This document shows positions 1 to 7,740 of a DNA stretch of 44,394 nucleotides, in pieces (the first letter of the stretch is position 1; the number at the start of each line of letters is the position of its first letter). The DNA is taken from NCBI GenBank assembly GCA_050259555.1, contig JBLNAW010000220.1:1-44394 (forward strand), given 5' to 3'. The notes beneath the pieces were generated by a model. The model saw only the letters and a list, made by a program, of their open reading frames with translations, was not told the origin of the DNA and did not search any database. The translations under genes were made by a program, and so were the position numbers. This stretch comes from Solirubrobacterales bacterium (lineage in GTDB: Bacteria > Actinomycetota > UBA4738 > HRBIN12).

Positions 1-1982
1 AGGATCCGCAGCTCGATCTGCGAGTAGTCGGCGACGAGCAGGACCTGATCGGTCTCGCCGGGCACGAACGCTCGGCGGATCTGCCGGCCGAGCTCCGTTC
101 GCGCGGGGATGTTCTGCAGGTTGGGGTTCGAGGAGGAGAGCCGGCCGGTCGCCGCCCCGGTCTGGTTGAACGTCGTGTGCACCCGCCCGTCGGCGGGATC
201 AACCTGCCGCGGCAGCGCCTCGAGGTAGGTCGAGTTCAGCTTGTCGTACTCGCGCCACGAAAGGAGCGCGTCCACGATCGGGTGCTGGTCGCGGAGCTTC
301 ACGAGCACGCTCGCGTCGGTCGAGAGCTGGCCCTTCGGCGTCTTCTTGCCCGGCGACAAGCGCAGCTTGTCGTACAGGATCGTCCGGAGCTGGGGTGGCG
401 AGTTCAGGTTGAACTCCTCGCCCGCGTGCTCGAAGATCTGCCCGCGGAGCGCCGTCATCTCGCGGCGCACGTCCGTCGCCATCTCCTCCAGGTACCCCGC
501 GTCGAGCGCGACACCGCGCGCCTGCATCCGCGCGAGCACCGACGACAGCGGCAGCTCGACCTCATCGAGCAACGGCCGGAGGCCGGCCTTGTCGATCCGC
601 TCGGCCATCGCCGGCGCGAGGAGCGCGATCGCCGCGGCCTCGGCCGCGACCCCGCGCCACGACGCCCCGAACAGTTGCCCCTCGGCCTCGTCGCCGGCCG
701 CCCCGACCACGTCCGTCCCGAGGTACTGCTCGGCGAGCGCACGGAGCTCGTAGCTCGGTGTGGCCGGGTCGAGCAGGTAGGCCGCGAGCATCGTGTCGAA
801 GGCGACGCCGCCGAGGGTCGTGCCGGCGCTGAGCGCCGCGGTCTCCGCATCCTTCGCGTCGTGTATCCACTTCGGGGCGTCGCCGGCGATCGCCTCGGCC
901 ACGTCGCCGAGCTCCCGGATCGGCGCGTACGCCGCCTGCTGCCCGCCCGAGGACACGGCGACACCGTGCGTCGCTCGCCCCTCGAGCTCGAGCCGGACGG
1001 CCTTCGGCGCATCCGCGAGCAGGAGCGACGTGAGCTCCGCGACCGGCACCTCGCGGAGATCGAGCTCCGCAACCTCGACCGCCGGCTTCGCCGATCGGCC
1101 GACCTCCTCGAGGCGATCGAGCAGCGTGCGGAACTCGAGCGAGATGAACAGGCGCCGCACGGCCTCGACGTCCCACTCGCCCATCAGGCAGTCCTCGGGC
1201 TCGATGGGCAGCTCGACCGACGTGTTCAGCCGCGCGAGGTCCTTGTTCAGCTCGAGCTGATCCTTCGCCTCCTCGATCGAGGTGCGCAGCTTGCCCTTCA
1301 GCTCATCGGTGCGCTCCAGCAGTTCCTCGATCGAGCCGAAGTCCTGCACGAGCTTCGCGGCGGTCTTCTCGCCGACGCCGGGCACGCCGTGGATGTTGTC
1401 CGAGGGATCGCCCTTCAGCGCCACGTAGTCGAGGTACTTCGACGGCGGGAGCCCGAAGCGCTCCTCCACCGCCTGCTCGTCGTACCGCCGGATGTCGGAG
1501 ATCCCCTTCACGTTGAACATCACGGTGATGCCGGGACGCACGAGCTGGAAGAAGTCCCGGTCCGCCGTGACGATCACGGTCTCGATCCCGCGCTCGAGGG
1601 CACGCAGCGCGAGCGTCGCGATCGCGTCGTCCGCCTCGTGCTCCTGGATGCCGACGACCGGCACCCGGAGCGTGTCGAGCACCTCCACGATCAGCCCGAG
1701 CTGCTGGCGGAACTCGTCCGGCGCCTCGGGCCGGCCGGCTTTGTACTCGGCGTACTTCTCCAGGCGAGCCGTGGGCTTGCCGACGTCGAACGCGACCGCC
1801 ACGAGCTCGGGGCGCTCCTCCGCGAGCAGCTTGATGAGCATCGAGGTGAAGCCGTAGACGGCGTTCGTCACCTGTCCGCTGCTGGTCGCGAGCGTGGTGG
1901 GGAGCGCGAAGAACGCCCGGTACGACAGGCTGTGCCCGTCGAGGAGGAACAGTCGCTTCGCCGGCTGCGCGTCCGTGCCCAC
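1..1982 (-). CDS. polA: DNA polymerase I, N-terminal ~660 codons; the 3' end runs off the left edge of the window
   Basis: Absent from the ORF track because no stop lies in the window. My minus-strand translation from GTG at 1982 reads VGTDAQPAKRLFLLDGHSLSYRAFFALP...HEADDAIATLA...GDPSDNIHGVPGVGEKTAAKL. Near the edge it reads NLNSPPQLRTILYDKL...FNQTGAATGRLSSSNPNLQNIP...LLVADYSQIELRIL. These are classical Pol I 5'-nuclease and polymerase motifs, and the frame is open for 660 codons. Confidence 0.9.
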   Translation of the reverse strand, partial: MGTDAQPAKRLFLLDGHSLSYRAFFALPTTLATSSGQVTNAVYGFTSMLIKLLAEERPELVAVAFDVGKPTARLEKYAEYKAGRPEAPDEFRQQLGLIVEVLDTLRVPVVGIQEHEADDAIATLALRALERGIETVIVTADRDFFQLVRPGITVMFNVKGISDIRRYDEQAVEERFGLPPSKYLDYVALKGDPSDNIHGVPGVGEKTAAKLVQDFGSIEELLERTDELKGKLRTSIEEAKDQLELNKDLARLNTSVELPIEPEDCLMGEWDVEAVRRLFISLEFRTLLDRLEEVGRSAKPAVEVAELDLREVPVAELTSLLLADAPKAVRLELEGRATHGVAVSSGGQQAAYAPIRELGDVAEAIAGDAPKWIHDAKDAETAALSAGTTLGGVAFDTMLAAYLLDPATPSYELRALAEQYLGTDVVGAAGDEAEGQLFGASWRGVAAEAAAIALLAPAMAERIDKAGLRPLLDEVELPLSSVLARMQARGVALDAGYLEEMATDVRREMTALRGQIFEHAGEEFNLNSPPQLRTILYDKLRLSPGKKTPKGQLSTDASVLVKLRDQHPIVDALLSWREYDKLNSTYLEALPRQVDPADGRVHTTFNQTGAATGRLSSSNPNLQNIPARTELGRQIRRAFVPGETDQVLLVADYSQIELRI

Positions 1983-2046
1983 CGGCGCGATGCTACCCCA
2001 GCCCGCCGACCGCCCGATCGCCTGCGTGCATCGCGCCCGTCCGCCT

Positions 2047-2076
2047 TTGACGCGAATCCGACCCAGTGAGTAGGAT
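2047..2076 (+). promoter_or_regulatory. candidate housekeeping-sigma promoter for the FTR1/EfeU gene (TTGACG-18 nt-TAGGAT)
   Basis: TTGACG at 2047-2052, an 18-nt spacer, and TAGGAT (TAnnnT) at 2071-2076. It lies about 45 nt upstream of the GTG at 2121, which is preceded by GGAGG at 2112-2116. Confidence 0.35.
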
Positions 2077-2120
2077 TCACCCGCCCGAGCACGTCAGAGC
2101 CCTCAGAGGCTGGAGGTCCG

Positions 2121-2975
2121 GTGGGAGCCGCGTTCATCGTCGCGCTGCGCGAGGGGATCGAGGCGGCGCTCATCGTGTCGATCCTCCTCGCCTACCTCCG
2201 ACAGCTCGAGCGCCGAGACCGTGCCCACCTGATCTGGTGGGGAACGGCGCTCGCGGTCGCGATCTCCGCCGTCGTCGGCACCGTGATCTTCGCGCTCGGC
2301 GGCGAGTTCGAGGGGACCGGTGAGCAACTCTTCGAGGGTCTCGTCACCCTGACCGCGGTGAGCGTGCTCACCTGGATGATCTTCTGGATGCGGCGTCAGG
2401 GCGGTCGCATCCGATCCGAGCTCCAGGACAAGGTCGACTCGGCGCTCGTCGCCGGAGGACTCGCCCTCGCCGCCCTCGCGTTCACCGCCGTGCTCCGTGA
2501 AGGCGTCGAGACCTCGCTGTTCCTCTACGCCGCGGCGAAGGGCACCGCCGTCGAGGCGGGCGGTGTGGGCGGTCAGGTCGCGGGCGCCCTCCTCGGGCTC
2601 GGGCTCGCGGTGGTGTTCGGCATCCTGCTCTATCGCGGCAGCGTGCGCATGAACCTCCGGAGCTTCTTCCGCGTCACGGGGTCGATCCTCATCGTCGTCG
2701 CCGCGGGTCTCCTCGCCTTCTCGGTCCACGAGCTGCAGGAAGCCGGGTGGCTCTCGTTCCTCACCTCCACGGCGTTCAACCTGTCGGCGACGCTCCCCGA
2801 CGACCGCGGGATCGGCACCGTGCTGCACGGGCTCATCGGGTACAGCTCCGACCCGTCGGTGCTCGAGGTGCTGTCGTGGATCGGCTATCTCGTGGCGATC
2901 ACGACCTTGTACTTCCGTCCGCAACCAGCCGTCGCACCTCGCGTCGCACCCGCCGCTGAGCGCTCGGACGTGTGA
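2121..2975 (+). CDS. efeU: FTR1/EfeU-family high-affinity iron permease
   Basis: 284 aa polytopic membrane protein with two REGxE motifs (REGIEA at the N-terminus, REGVET mid-protein), typical of FTR1/EfeU. GTG start with an upstream GGAGG. Confidence 0.8.
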   Translation: MGAAFIVALREGIEAALIVSILLAYLRQLERRDRAHLIWWGTALAVAISAVVGTVIFALGGEFEGTGEQLFEGLVTLTAVSVLTWMIFWMRRQGGRIRSELQDKVDSALVAGGLALAALAFTAVLREGVETSLFLYAAAKGTAVEAGGVGGQVAGALLGLGLAVVFGILLYRGSVRMNLRSFFRVTGSILIVVAAGLLAFSVHELQEAGWLSFLTSTAFNLSATLPDDRGIGTVLHGLIGYSSDPSVLEVLSWIGYLVAITTLYFRPQPAVAPRVAPAAERSDV

Positions 2976-3010
2976 CGAACGCGATCCGCGAACGTCGTTC
3001 GTTTGTCACT
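2974..3010 (+). terminator. weak hairpin plus T-rich tail just after the efeU stop
   Basis: ACGAACG (2975-2981) pairs with CGTTCGT (2996-3002). An alternative inner CGCG-atc-CGCG hairpin is possible. The stem is followed by TTGTCACTCTTTCTT. Confidence 0.3.
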
Positions 3011-3088
3011 CTTTCTTGACCGGAACGCCCCCGCGCGCCACCTGCGGCGAAGTTCGAAACGGTCTGCGGCGCAGGCCGTCCCGGCCGA

Positions 3089-3117
3089 TTGACACGCACG
3101 GGAACCGTGGGTACTGT
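3089..3117 (+). promoter_or_regulatory. orphan near-consensus promoter TTGACA-17 nt-TACTGT with no plus-strand gene downstream
   Basis: TTGACA at 3089-3094, exactly 17 nt of spacer (3095-3111), and TACTGT at 3112-3117. It sits in a convergent intergenic gap, which makes it stand out in a ~70% GC background. Confidence 0.4.
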
Positions 3118-3120
3118 TCG

Positions 3121-3269
3121 CTCCGGTCCCGAGCGGCCGCTGGGACCGGGAGGCGGAGAAGGCTCCGAGAAGGCGTGGTGATCCGGAGGGCGCGAGTCCT
3201 CGGGAGCGCTCACCGACACGGAGCTCGGACCGGCCGATCGGTCACCCGGGTTGCTCGGGGCCACCTTTT
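3121..3269 (+). ncRNA. candidate small structured RNA of unknown family, transcribed from the orphan promoter
   Basis: It starts with a 10-bp hairpin: CTCCGGTCCC (3121-3130) pairs with GGGACCGG(G)AG (3142-3152), and the loop contains GCGGCCGC. More GC-rich stems follow, e.g. GACCG-gccgat-CGGTC. It ends with GGTCACCC-N9-GGGGCCACC followed by TTTT (3266-3269). There is no credible ORF; the only frame is Arg-rich and runs antisense into the ATPase gene. Confidence 0.3.
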
Positions 3270-3346
3270 GACGGACCGAGGAACCGCGTCGGGGACGTTC
3301 GCGTTTGGGGAAGGCGTGAGCGGCTCGGCAGGCTCCTCGGTCCGTC
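3270..3346. terminator. long perfect inverted repeat (13-bp arms, 51-nt spacer) between convergent transcription units
   Basis: GACGGACCGAGGA (3270-3282) is the exact reverse complement of TCCTCGGTCCGTC (3334-3346). On the plus strand it is flanked by TTTT upstream and TCTCTCGTT downstream. It lies 38 nt past the ATPase stop on the minus strand. Confidence 0.3.
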
Positions 3347-3383
3347 TCTCGTTCCCCGTTCGTCGCGAGGCGCGCGCGTTCGC

Positions 3384-4148
3384 TCAGAGGACCGCGTCGA
3401 TGAAGCGCTTCGTCTCGGGGTTCTGCGGGTTCACGAGGATCTGATCCGGCGAACCCTCCTCGAGGATGATCCCCTCGTGGAAGAACGACATCCGGTTCGC
3501 GACCTCGCGCGCGAACCCCATCTCGTGAGTGACGACCATCATCGTCATGTGGAGCTCGGTCGCGAGCGACTTCATCACCTCGAGGACCTCACCGATCAGC
3601 TCGGGGTCCAGCGCCGAGGTCGGCTCGTCGAAGAGCATCACCTCGGGCTCCATCGCGAGGGCGCGGGCGATCGCCACGCGCTGCTTCTGACCGCCCGAGA
3701 GGCGGATCGGGTACTCCTCCGCCTTGTCGGCCATGCCGACCTGTTCGAGGAAGTACATCGCGAGCCCGTGGGCCTCCTCCTCCGACTTGCCCTTCACCGT
3801 CGTCGGCCCCTCCATCACGTTGTGGATGGTGGACATGTGGGGGAAGAGCTGGAAGTCCTGGAAGACCATGCCGGCACGGATCCGGAGCTGGCGGATCTGC
3901 TCACGCTTGTTCCGGGTCCGGTGGCCGCCCTCGAGCCGGATGCCCGCGACCTCGATCGTGCCACGCGTCGGGTCCTCGAGGAAGTTGATACACCGGAGCA
4001 GCGTGCTCTTCCCTGAGCCGGACCGTCCGAAGATCACGATGACCTCGCCCCGGTGGACCTCCATGTTGATGCCCCGGAGCACCTCGAGGTGCCCGAAGGT
4101 CTTGTGGAGGTCCTCCACCCGCACGACGACGTCGTTGCTCACGACCAT
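3384..4148 (-). CDS. polar amino-acid ABC transporter ATP-binding protein (GlnQ/HisP-like)
   Basis: Walker [10 protein letters not shown], signature LSGGQKQR, Walker [12 protein letters not shown] and H-loop VTHEM. The track ORF 3384..5174 is a run-on. The ATG at 4148 ([19 protein letters not shown]) lies 5 nt after the permease stop, giving 254 aa. Confidence 0.9.
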   Translation of the reverse strand: MVVSNDVVVRVEDLHKTFGHLEVLRGINMEVHRGEVIVIFGRSGSGKSTLLRCINFLEDPTRGTIEVAGIRLEGGHRTRNKREQIRQLRIRAGMVFQDFQLFPHMSTIHNVMEGPTTVKGKSEEEAHGLAMYFLEQVGMADKAEEYPIRLSGGQKQRVAIARALAMEPEVMLFDEPTSALDPELIGEVLEVMKSLATELHMTMMVVTHEMGFAREVANRMSFFHEGIILEEGSPDQILVNPQNPETKRFIDAVL

Positions 4149-4153
4149 ACGAT

Positions 4154-5248
4154 TCACGACCCGTGTGGGTGCTCGGGGATGTGGCCGGGTCCGGCTGCGT
4201 CCTCTGCCGCCCTCGCGGCCCTTTCGGCGGCCTCCTCGGGGGTCAGGCCCGCGCCACCCTCGAGCTCCTCGACCGCCGCCATCATGGCGCCGCCGCCAGG
4301 GCCGCCGGCCGCCGAGCCTGAGACCAGCTTCGCCTTCGCGGCGGGTGTGGCCGCGCCGCGGACGTAGCCCTTGGACAAGCGCTTCTCGAGACGGCCCTGG
4401 AAGTAGCTGAAGATCACCGTGAGGATCCAATACAGGGCGGCCGCCACGATGTACGCCTCGAGGTTCTTGAAGTAGCGCTTGCCGACGAGCTGGGAGCGGC
4501 GGAACACCTCGATCGTGGACCCGGTCGTCCCGAGGAAGGACACGAGGGCCGTGTCCTTCATCATCGCGATGAACTCGTTGCCGGTCGGCGGGATGATCAC
4601 GCGGAACGCCTGCGGCAGCACGATCCGCCGCGTCTTCTGCCGGTACGTCATCCCGATGGCGTCGGCCGCCTCGGCCTGACCGTGACCGACCGACTGGATG
4701 CCCGCGCGGAAGATCTCCGTCATGTAGGCACCGTAGTTCAAGCCGAGCGCCATAACGCCGGCGACCGCTCCCTGGAGGATCGTGGCGTCCCGGATCCCCT
4801 GCGGCAACCACGTGTACTGCTCCACGAGACCCTTCCCGACCTGCGGGAGCGCGAGGTAGATCAGGAACATCTGCACGATGAGCGGTGTGCCGCGGAAGAA
4901 GGACGTGTAGAAGCCGGTGATGCCGTAGGCGATCGGGTTCCGTGACAGGCGCCCGAGAGCGCCGAGCAGCGCGAGCAGGATCGCGAGCACGATGCCGCCG
5001 AGCGCGATGATCAGCGTGTACTGCAGCCCTCCGGCGATGTAGCCGAACTGATCGAGCATGAAGCTCGTGTCGAAGCCAGCCGCTGAGAAGAAGAAGCCGA
5101 GGAAGAAGAAGATGAAGACCCAAACGATCGCGACCTTCACGCGGAACGGCACGCGGGCGCTCACGAGCGCCCACCGGTCCATCCGGCCGGCGTCGTCGGT
5201 GGCGAGCGGGGGCCGGTTGGGTCCGGCCCCCGTCTCGTCGGTCTTCAC
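4154..5248 (-). CDS. polar amino-acid ABC transporter permease (His/Glu/Gln/Arg/opine family) with a ~70-aa low-complexity C-terminal tail
   Basis: Contains [18 protein letters not shown] and the EAA-type loop [22 protein letters not shown]...[17 protein letters not shown] start at 5248; alternative starts are possible. Confidence 0.85.
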   Translation of the reverse strand: MKTDETGAGPNRPPLATDDAGRMDRWALVSARVPFRVKVAIVWVFIFFFLGFFFSAAGFDTSFMLDQFGYIAGGLQYTLIIALGGIVLAILLALLGALGRLSRNPIAYGITGFYTSFFRGTPLIVQMFLIYLALPQVGKGLVEQYTWLPQGIRDATILQGAVAGVMALGLNYGAYMTEIFRAGIQSVGHGQAEAADAIGMTYRQKTRRIVLPQAFRVIIPPTGNEFIAMMKDTALVSFLGTTGSTIEVFRRSQLVGKRYFKNLEAYIVAAALYWILTVIFSYFQGRLEKRLSKGYVRGAATPAAKAKLVSGSAAGGPGGGAMMAAVEELEGGAGLTPEEAAERAARAAEDAAGPGHIPEHPHGS

Positions 5249-5268
5249 CGGCTCACTCCCGCTGGCCC

Positions 5269-6177
5269 CTAGACCTCAAGATCCTGGAGCGCCGTCGTGT
5301 CCGTGTCGTACGTGGAGATCTTCGCGTCGTCGATCACGAAGTTGAACGTGTAGCCCGGGATCGCGAGCGTCTTCTGCAGGAAGTAGTCGTACGTGCACCC
5401 TCCGCAGACGCCGATCTTCTTCCCGTCGAGATCGGTCGACAGGTCCTTCACAGAGGTGTCGTCGGCCCGCACGACCACCACGGCCGGGGTGAAGTAGTAG
5501 GCCGGGGTGAAGTCCAAGACCTTCGCCCGGTCCGTCGTCACCGTCATCGAGCCTACGCTCATGTCCCAGCGACCGTTCCAACCGCCGGCGATGATCGTGT
5601 CCCACGCCGGGGCGATCCAGTCGACGGTCACACCGAGGCGGGTCGCGATCTCGGTCGCGACGTCGATGTCGAACCCCTCGTACTCGCCCGTGGTCTCGTT
5701 CAGGGAGGACTGCGGCGGGTAGGCCGGGTCGGTCGAGACAACGATCTTGCCGTCCGAGCAGATCTTCGCGAGGAGGTCACCGGCGGAGGCATCGACGGAG
5801 TCGCAGACCGGCGTGGCCGGCGGCGTGATATCGCTCGGGATGGCGCCCTCCGGCCCGACCGACAGATCCGTCTTGAACCACTGCTGCGACATCTGACTCA
5901 ACGTGCCGTCTTGGTGCATCCCGACGACGATGCCCGAGGCCGCCGCGACGAGGCTCGTGTCATCCAGCGTCGAGCTCTTGTCGAACGCTACTCCGAGCGG
6001 CTCGTAGAAGACCGGGTCGCCGACGATCTTCGCGTCGTTCCCCGCGTCGATCCAGCCCTGCGCCGTGGTGACCGAGGTGATCACGGCGTCGAGGCGGTGG
6101 CCGCCGCTGCACGCGGACGCTACCAGCGCGAGGGCGAAGAGCAGAACGAGTGCGGGCCCAAACCGCTTGCTACGCAT
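5269..6177 (-). CDS. family-3 (GlnH/ArtJ-like) solute-binding lipoprotein with apparently circularly permuted domain order
   Basis: ATG at 6177 preceded by AGGAGG. Lipoprotein signal MRSKRFGPALVLLFALALVASAC. SBP_bac_3-type motifs are present but in swapped order (see finding). Confidence 0.85.
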   Translation of the reverse strand: MRSKRFGPALVLLFALALVASACSGGHRLDAVITSVTTAQGWIDAGNDAKIVGDPVFYEPLGVAFDKSSTLDDTSLVAAASGIVVGMHQDGTLSQMSQQWFKTDLSVGPEGAIPSDITPPATPVCDSVDASAGDLLAKICSDGKIVVSTDPAYPPQSSLNETTGEYEGFDIDVATEIATRLGVTVDWIAPAWDTIIAGGWNGRWDMSVGSMTVTTDRAKVLDFTPAYYFTPAVVVVRADDTSVKDLSTDLDGKKIGVCGGCTYDYFLQKTLAIPGYTFNFVIDDAKISTYDTDTTALQDLEV

Positions 6178-6243
6178 GCCCCCTCCTAGGTTCTCGGGTT
6201 CCCGCAAGGACTCCGAGAGCACCCGGCGCCCTCACATCGGCTG

Positions 6244-6272
6244 ACTCTACGGCTTACTTCCCTTGCGGGCAA
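6244..6272 (-). promoter_or_regulatory. candidate promoter for the polar amino-acid ABC operon (TTGCCC-17 nt-TAGAGT on the minus strand)
   Basis: On the minus strand, TTGCCC is at 6272-6267 and TAGAGT at 6249-6244, with a 17-nt spacer. It lies about 70 nt upstream of the SBP ATG. Confidence 0.25.
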
Positions 6273-6332
6273 CGCAAGTCGGTGTGCGCGGGGTCCCGAC
6301 TCCGACGAGCCAGCTGGCCCGTGTCATCGCGA

Positions 6333-7565
6333 TCAGGAGGTGGTCGCGACCTCGAGCCAGCGGCCGCCCTCGACGCGAGAGATGCGCACCGAGGCCGCGG
6401 GATCGGCGAGGTCGCCGCCCGGCGCGAAGGCGTATGTCCCCGCAAGCCCGTCGAACGAGTCGGTGGCCGCGACCGCGGCGCTGACGGAGGCGCGCGTGAC
6501 CGCGCCGTCGCGGAACGCCGCGACGAACATCCGGGCCGCGTCCCACGCCTCGACGGCGTACGGACCCGGCGGCAGGCCGAACTCGGACTGGTAGTCCTGG
6601 ATGAAGCGCTGCGCCGCGAGCTCGGTCGAGGTCGAGACGTCGACGCACGGGCACGCCGCGAGGACCCCTTCCCCTGCCGGGCCGACCGCCTCGAGGAACC
6701 CCGGGTCGCGGATCCGGTCGCTCCCGACGAAGGGCATCCGTCGCAGCCCCACCTGCACGAGTTGCCGTCGGAGCGCCGCACCGACGGCATCCCCACCTCC
6801 CCACACGGCGACGCCGCACCCGATGCCGGCCACGGCGTCCGCGGCGGCCGCCACGTCGGGCTGCGCCTCCGGCACGCTCGCCCGGAGCAGGACCTCGGCC
6901 CGGAGCGCTCGCACCGCGGCACCGAGCAGCGAACGGGCGGCCGGCGTTCCGTCCCCGAGCACGCACACGCCCTGCCGGGACGGCCGCAGCGAGTCGACGA
7001 CCCCTGCGAGCGCGGTCCCCTGCACGACCTGGTCGGCCACGAGACGACGCCATCCCGTCCAGCCTCGGTCGCCGAGCCCCGACCCGGCGCCCGACAGCGA
7101 GATCCAGGGCACCCCGGCGGCAGCGAGCGCGTCGCCGATCTCAGCCTGGTCGGTGAGCCCCGGCGCGCCGATCGCCGCCACGACCTCGGGAGATGCGGCG
7201 ATCTCGGCGACCATCTCGGCGGCGCGTGCGGGATCGCCCTGGGTGTCGTACGCCGCGACCTCGACGTCGATCGGCAGCCCGGCGACGACCTGCGCGTTCG
7301 AGAAGGCGAGGCGGGCGCCCTGGAACGCCGGCGTCACGCGGCCCGGGGTCTCCGCGTCGTCGAGCGTCTCGAGGAAGGCGACGGTGAGTGAGACCGGCGC
7401 GGCCGACGTCGACGGACTCGGGCTCACCGAGGCGGAAACCGACGCCGAGGTGGGCCGCGGGCCGGGCGGCCCGGGATCGCTCGCGTCCGTACAGGCGACC
7501 GCCACGAGCGCGAGCGCCAGCCCGACGACGGGCATGCTCACGCGTGCTCTGATCGGTCGGTGCAC
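6333..7565 (-). CDS. LivK-like (Peripla_BP_6 type) solute-binding lipoprotein, orphan (no adjacent permease or ATPase)
   Basis: GTG at 7565 is preceded by GAGGAGGAG. Signal and lipobox VHRPIRARVSMPVVGLALALVAVAC, then a Ser/Pro linker and a type-I PBP-like body of ~410 aa. The upstream part of track ORF 6333..7649 would run up to the tRNA. Confidence 0.7.
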   Translation of the reverse strand: MHRPIRARVSMPVVGLALALVAVACTDASDPGPPGPRPTSASVSASVSPSPSTSAAPVSLTVAFLETLDDAETPGRVTPAFQGARLAFSNAQVVAGLPIDVEVAAYDTQGDPARAAEMVAEIAASPEVVAAIGAPGLTDQAEIGDALAAAGVPWISLSGAGSGLGDRGWTGWRRLVADQVVQGTALAGVVDSLRPSRQGVCVLGDGTPAARSLLGAAVRALRAEVLLRASVPEAQPDVAAAADAVAGIGCGVAVWGGGDAVGAALRRQLVQVGLRRMPFVGSDRIRDPGFLEAVGPAGEGVLAACPCVDVSTSTELAAQRFIQDYQSEFGLPPGPYAVEAWDAARMFVAAFRDGAVTRASVSAAVAATDSFDGLAGTYAFAPGGDLADPAASVRISRVEGGRWLEVATTS

Positions 7566-7652
7566 GGGCGGCTCCTCCTCGGGCCTCGACCACCGGTCGG
7601 CCAGTCTAGAGGCGGAACACCGGGCCGCTCCCGGCCCTAGACTGTCCATCCG

Positions 7653-7736
7653 GCCGGGGTGATGGAACTGGCAGACATGGTGGCCTCAAAAGCCATTGCG
7701 CGCGAGCGCGTGCGGGTTCGAATCCCGCCCCCGGCA
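7653..7736 (+). tRNA. tRNA-Leu (anticodon CAA), type II with a long variable arm; CCA is not encoded
   Basis: Acceptor stem GCCGGGG/CCCCGGC, D stem ATG/CAT, anticodon stem GTGGC/GCCAT with loop CTCAAAA. GC-rich variable arm, T arm GCGGG-TTCGAAT-CCCGC, discriminator A. The 3' sequence continues CCG. Confidence 0.9.
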
Positions 7737-7740
7737 CCGA

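Noticed and set aside
177-2069. 630-aa plus-strand ORF covering the left end of the window
   Set aside because: It is the antisense shadow of polA. It is extremely Arg/Leu/Glu/His-rich with no recognisable motifs, while the minus strand carries unmistakable Pol I motifs.
2066-2080. Dyad GTGAGTAGGATTCAC overlapping the -10 of the efeU promoter candidate, considered as an IdeR/DtxR or Fur operator
   Set aside because: It is a poor match to the 19-bp IdeR consensus (TTAGGTTAGGCTAACCTAA type) and to Fur boxes. It is only a GTGA-N7-TCAC dyad, so it may be chance.
3051-3060. GTTCGAAAC, resembling half of an actinobacterial LexA SOS box (TCGAAC-N4-GTTCGA)
   Set aside because: Only one half-site/short palindrome is present, with no second arm at the right spacing and no DNA-damage gene downstream.
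3121-3346. Assignment of the intergenic RNA candidate to a known family (6S, SRP/4.5S, RNase P, tmRNA, 6C, cobalamin/SAM/TPP riboswitches)
   Set aside because: I could not find their conserved cores by eye (e.g. the SRP GGAA-loop helix, RNase P GAGGAAAGUCC, the B12 box, C-rich 6C loops), so it is left as an unknown family.
6200-6280. Inverted repeats CCCGCAAGG/CCTTGCGGG and CTTGCG-N5-CGCAAG upstream of the ABC operon, considered as a riboswitch or operator
   Set aside because: They are short GC stems without flanking conserved motifs. They overlap the candidate promoter and the terminator zone of the upstream SBP gene, so evidence is insufficient.
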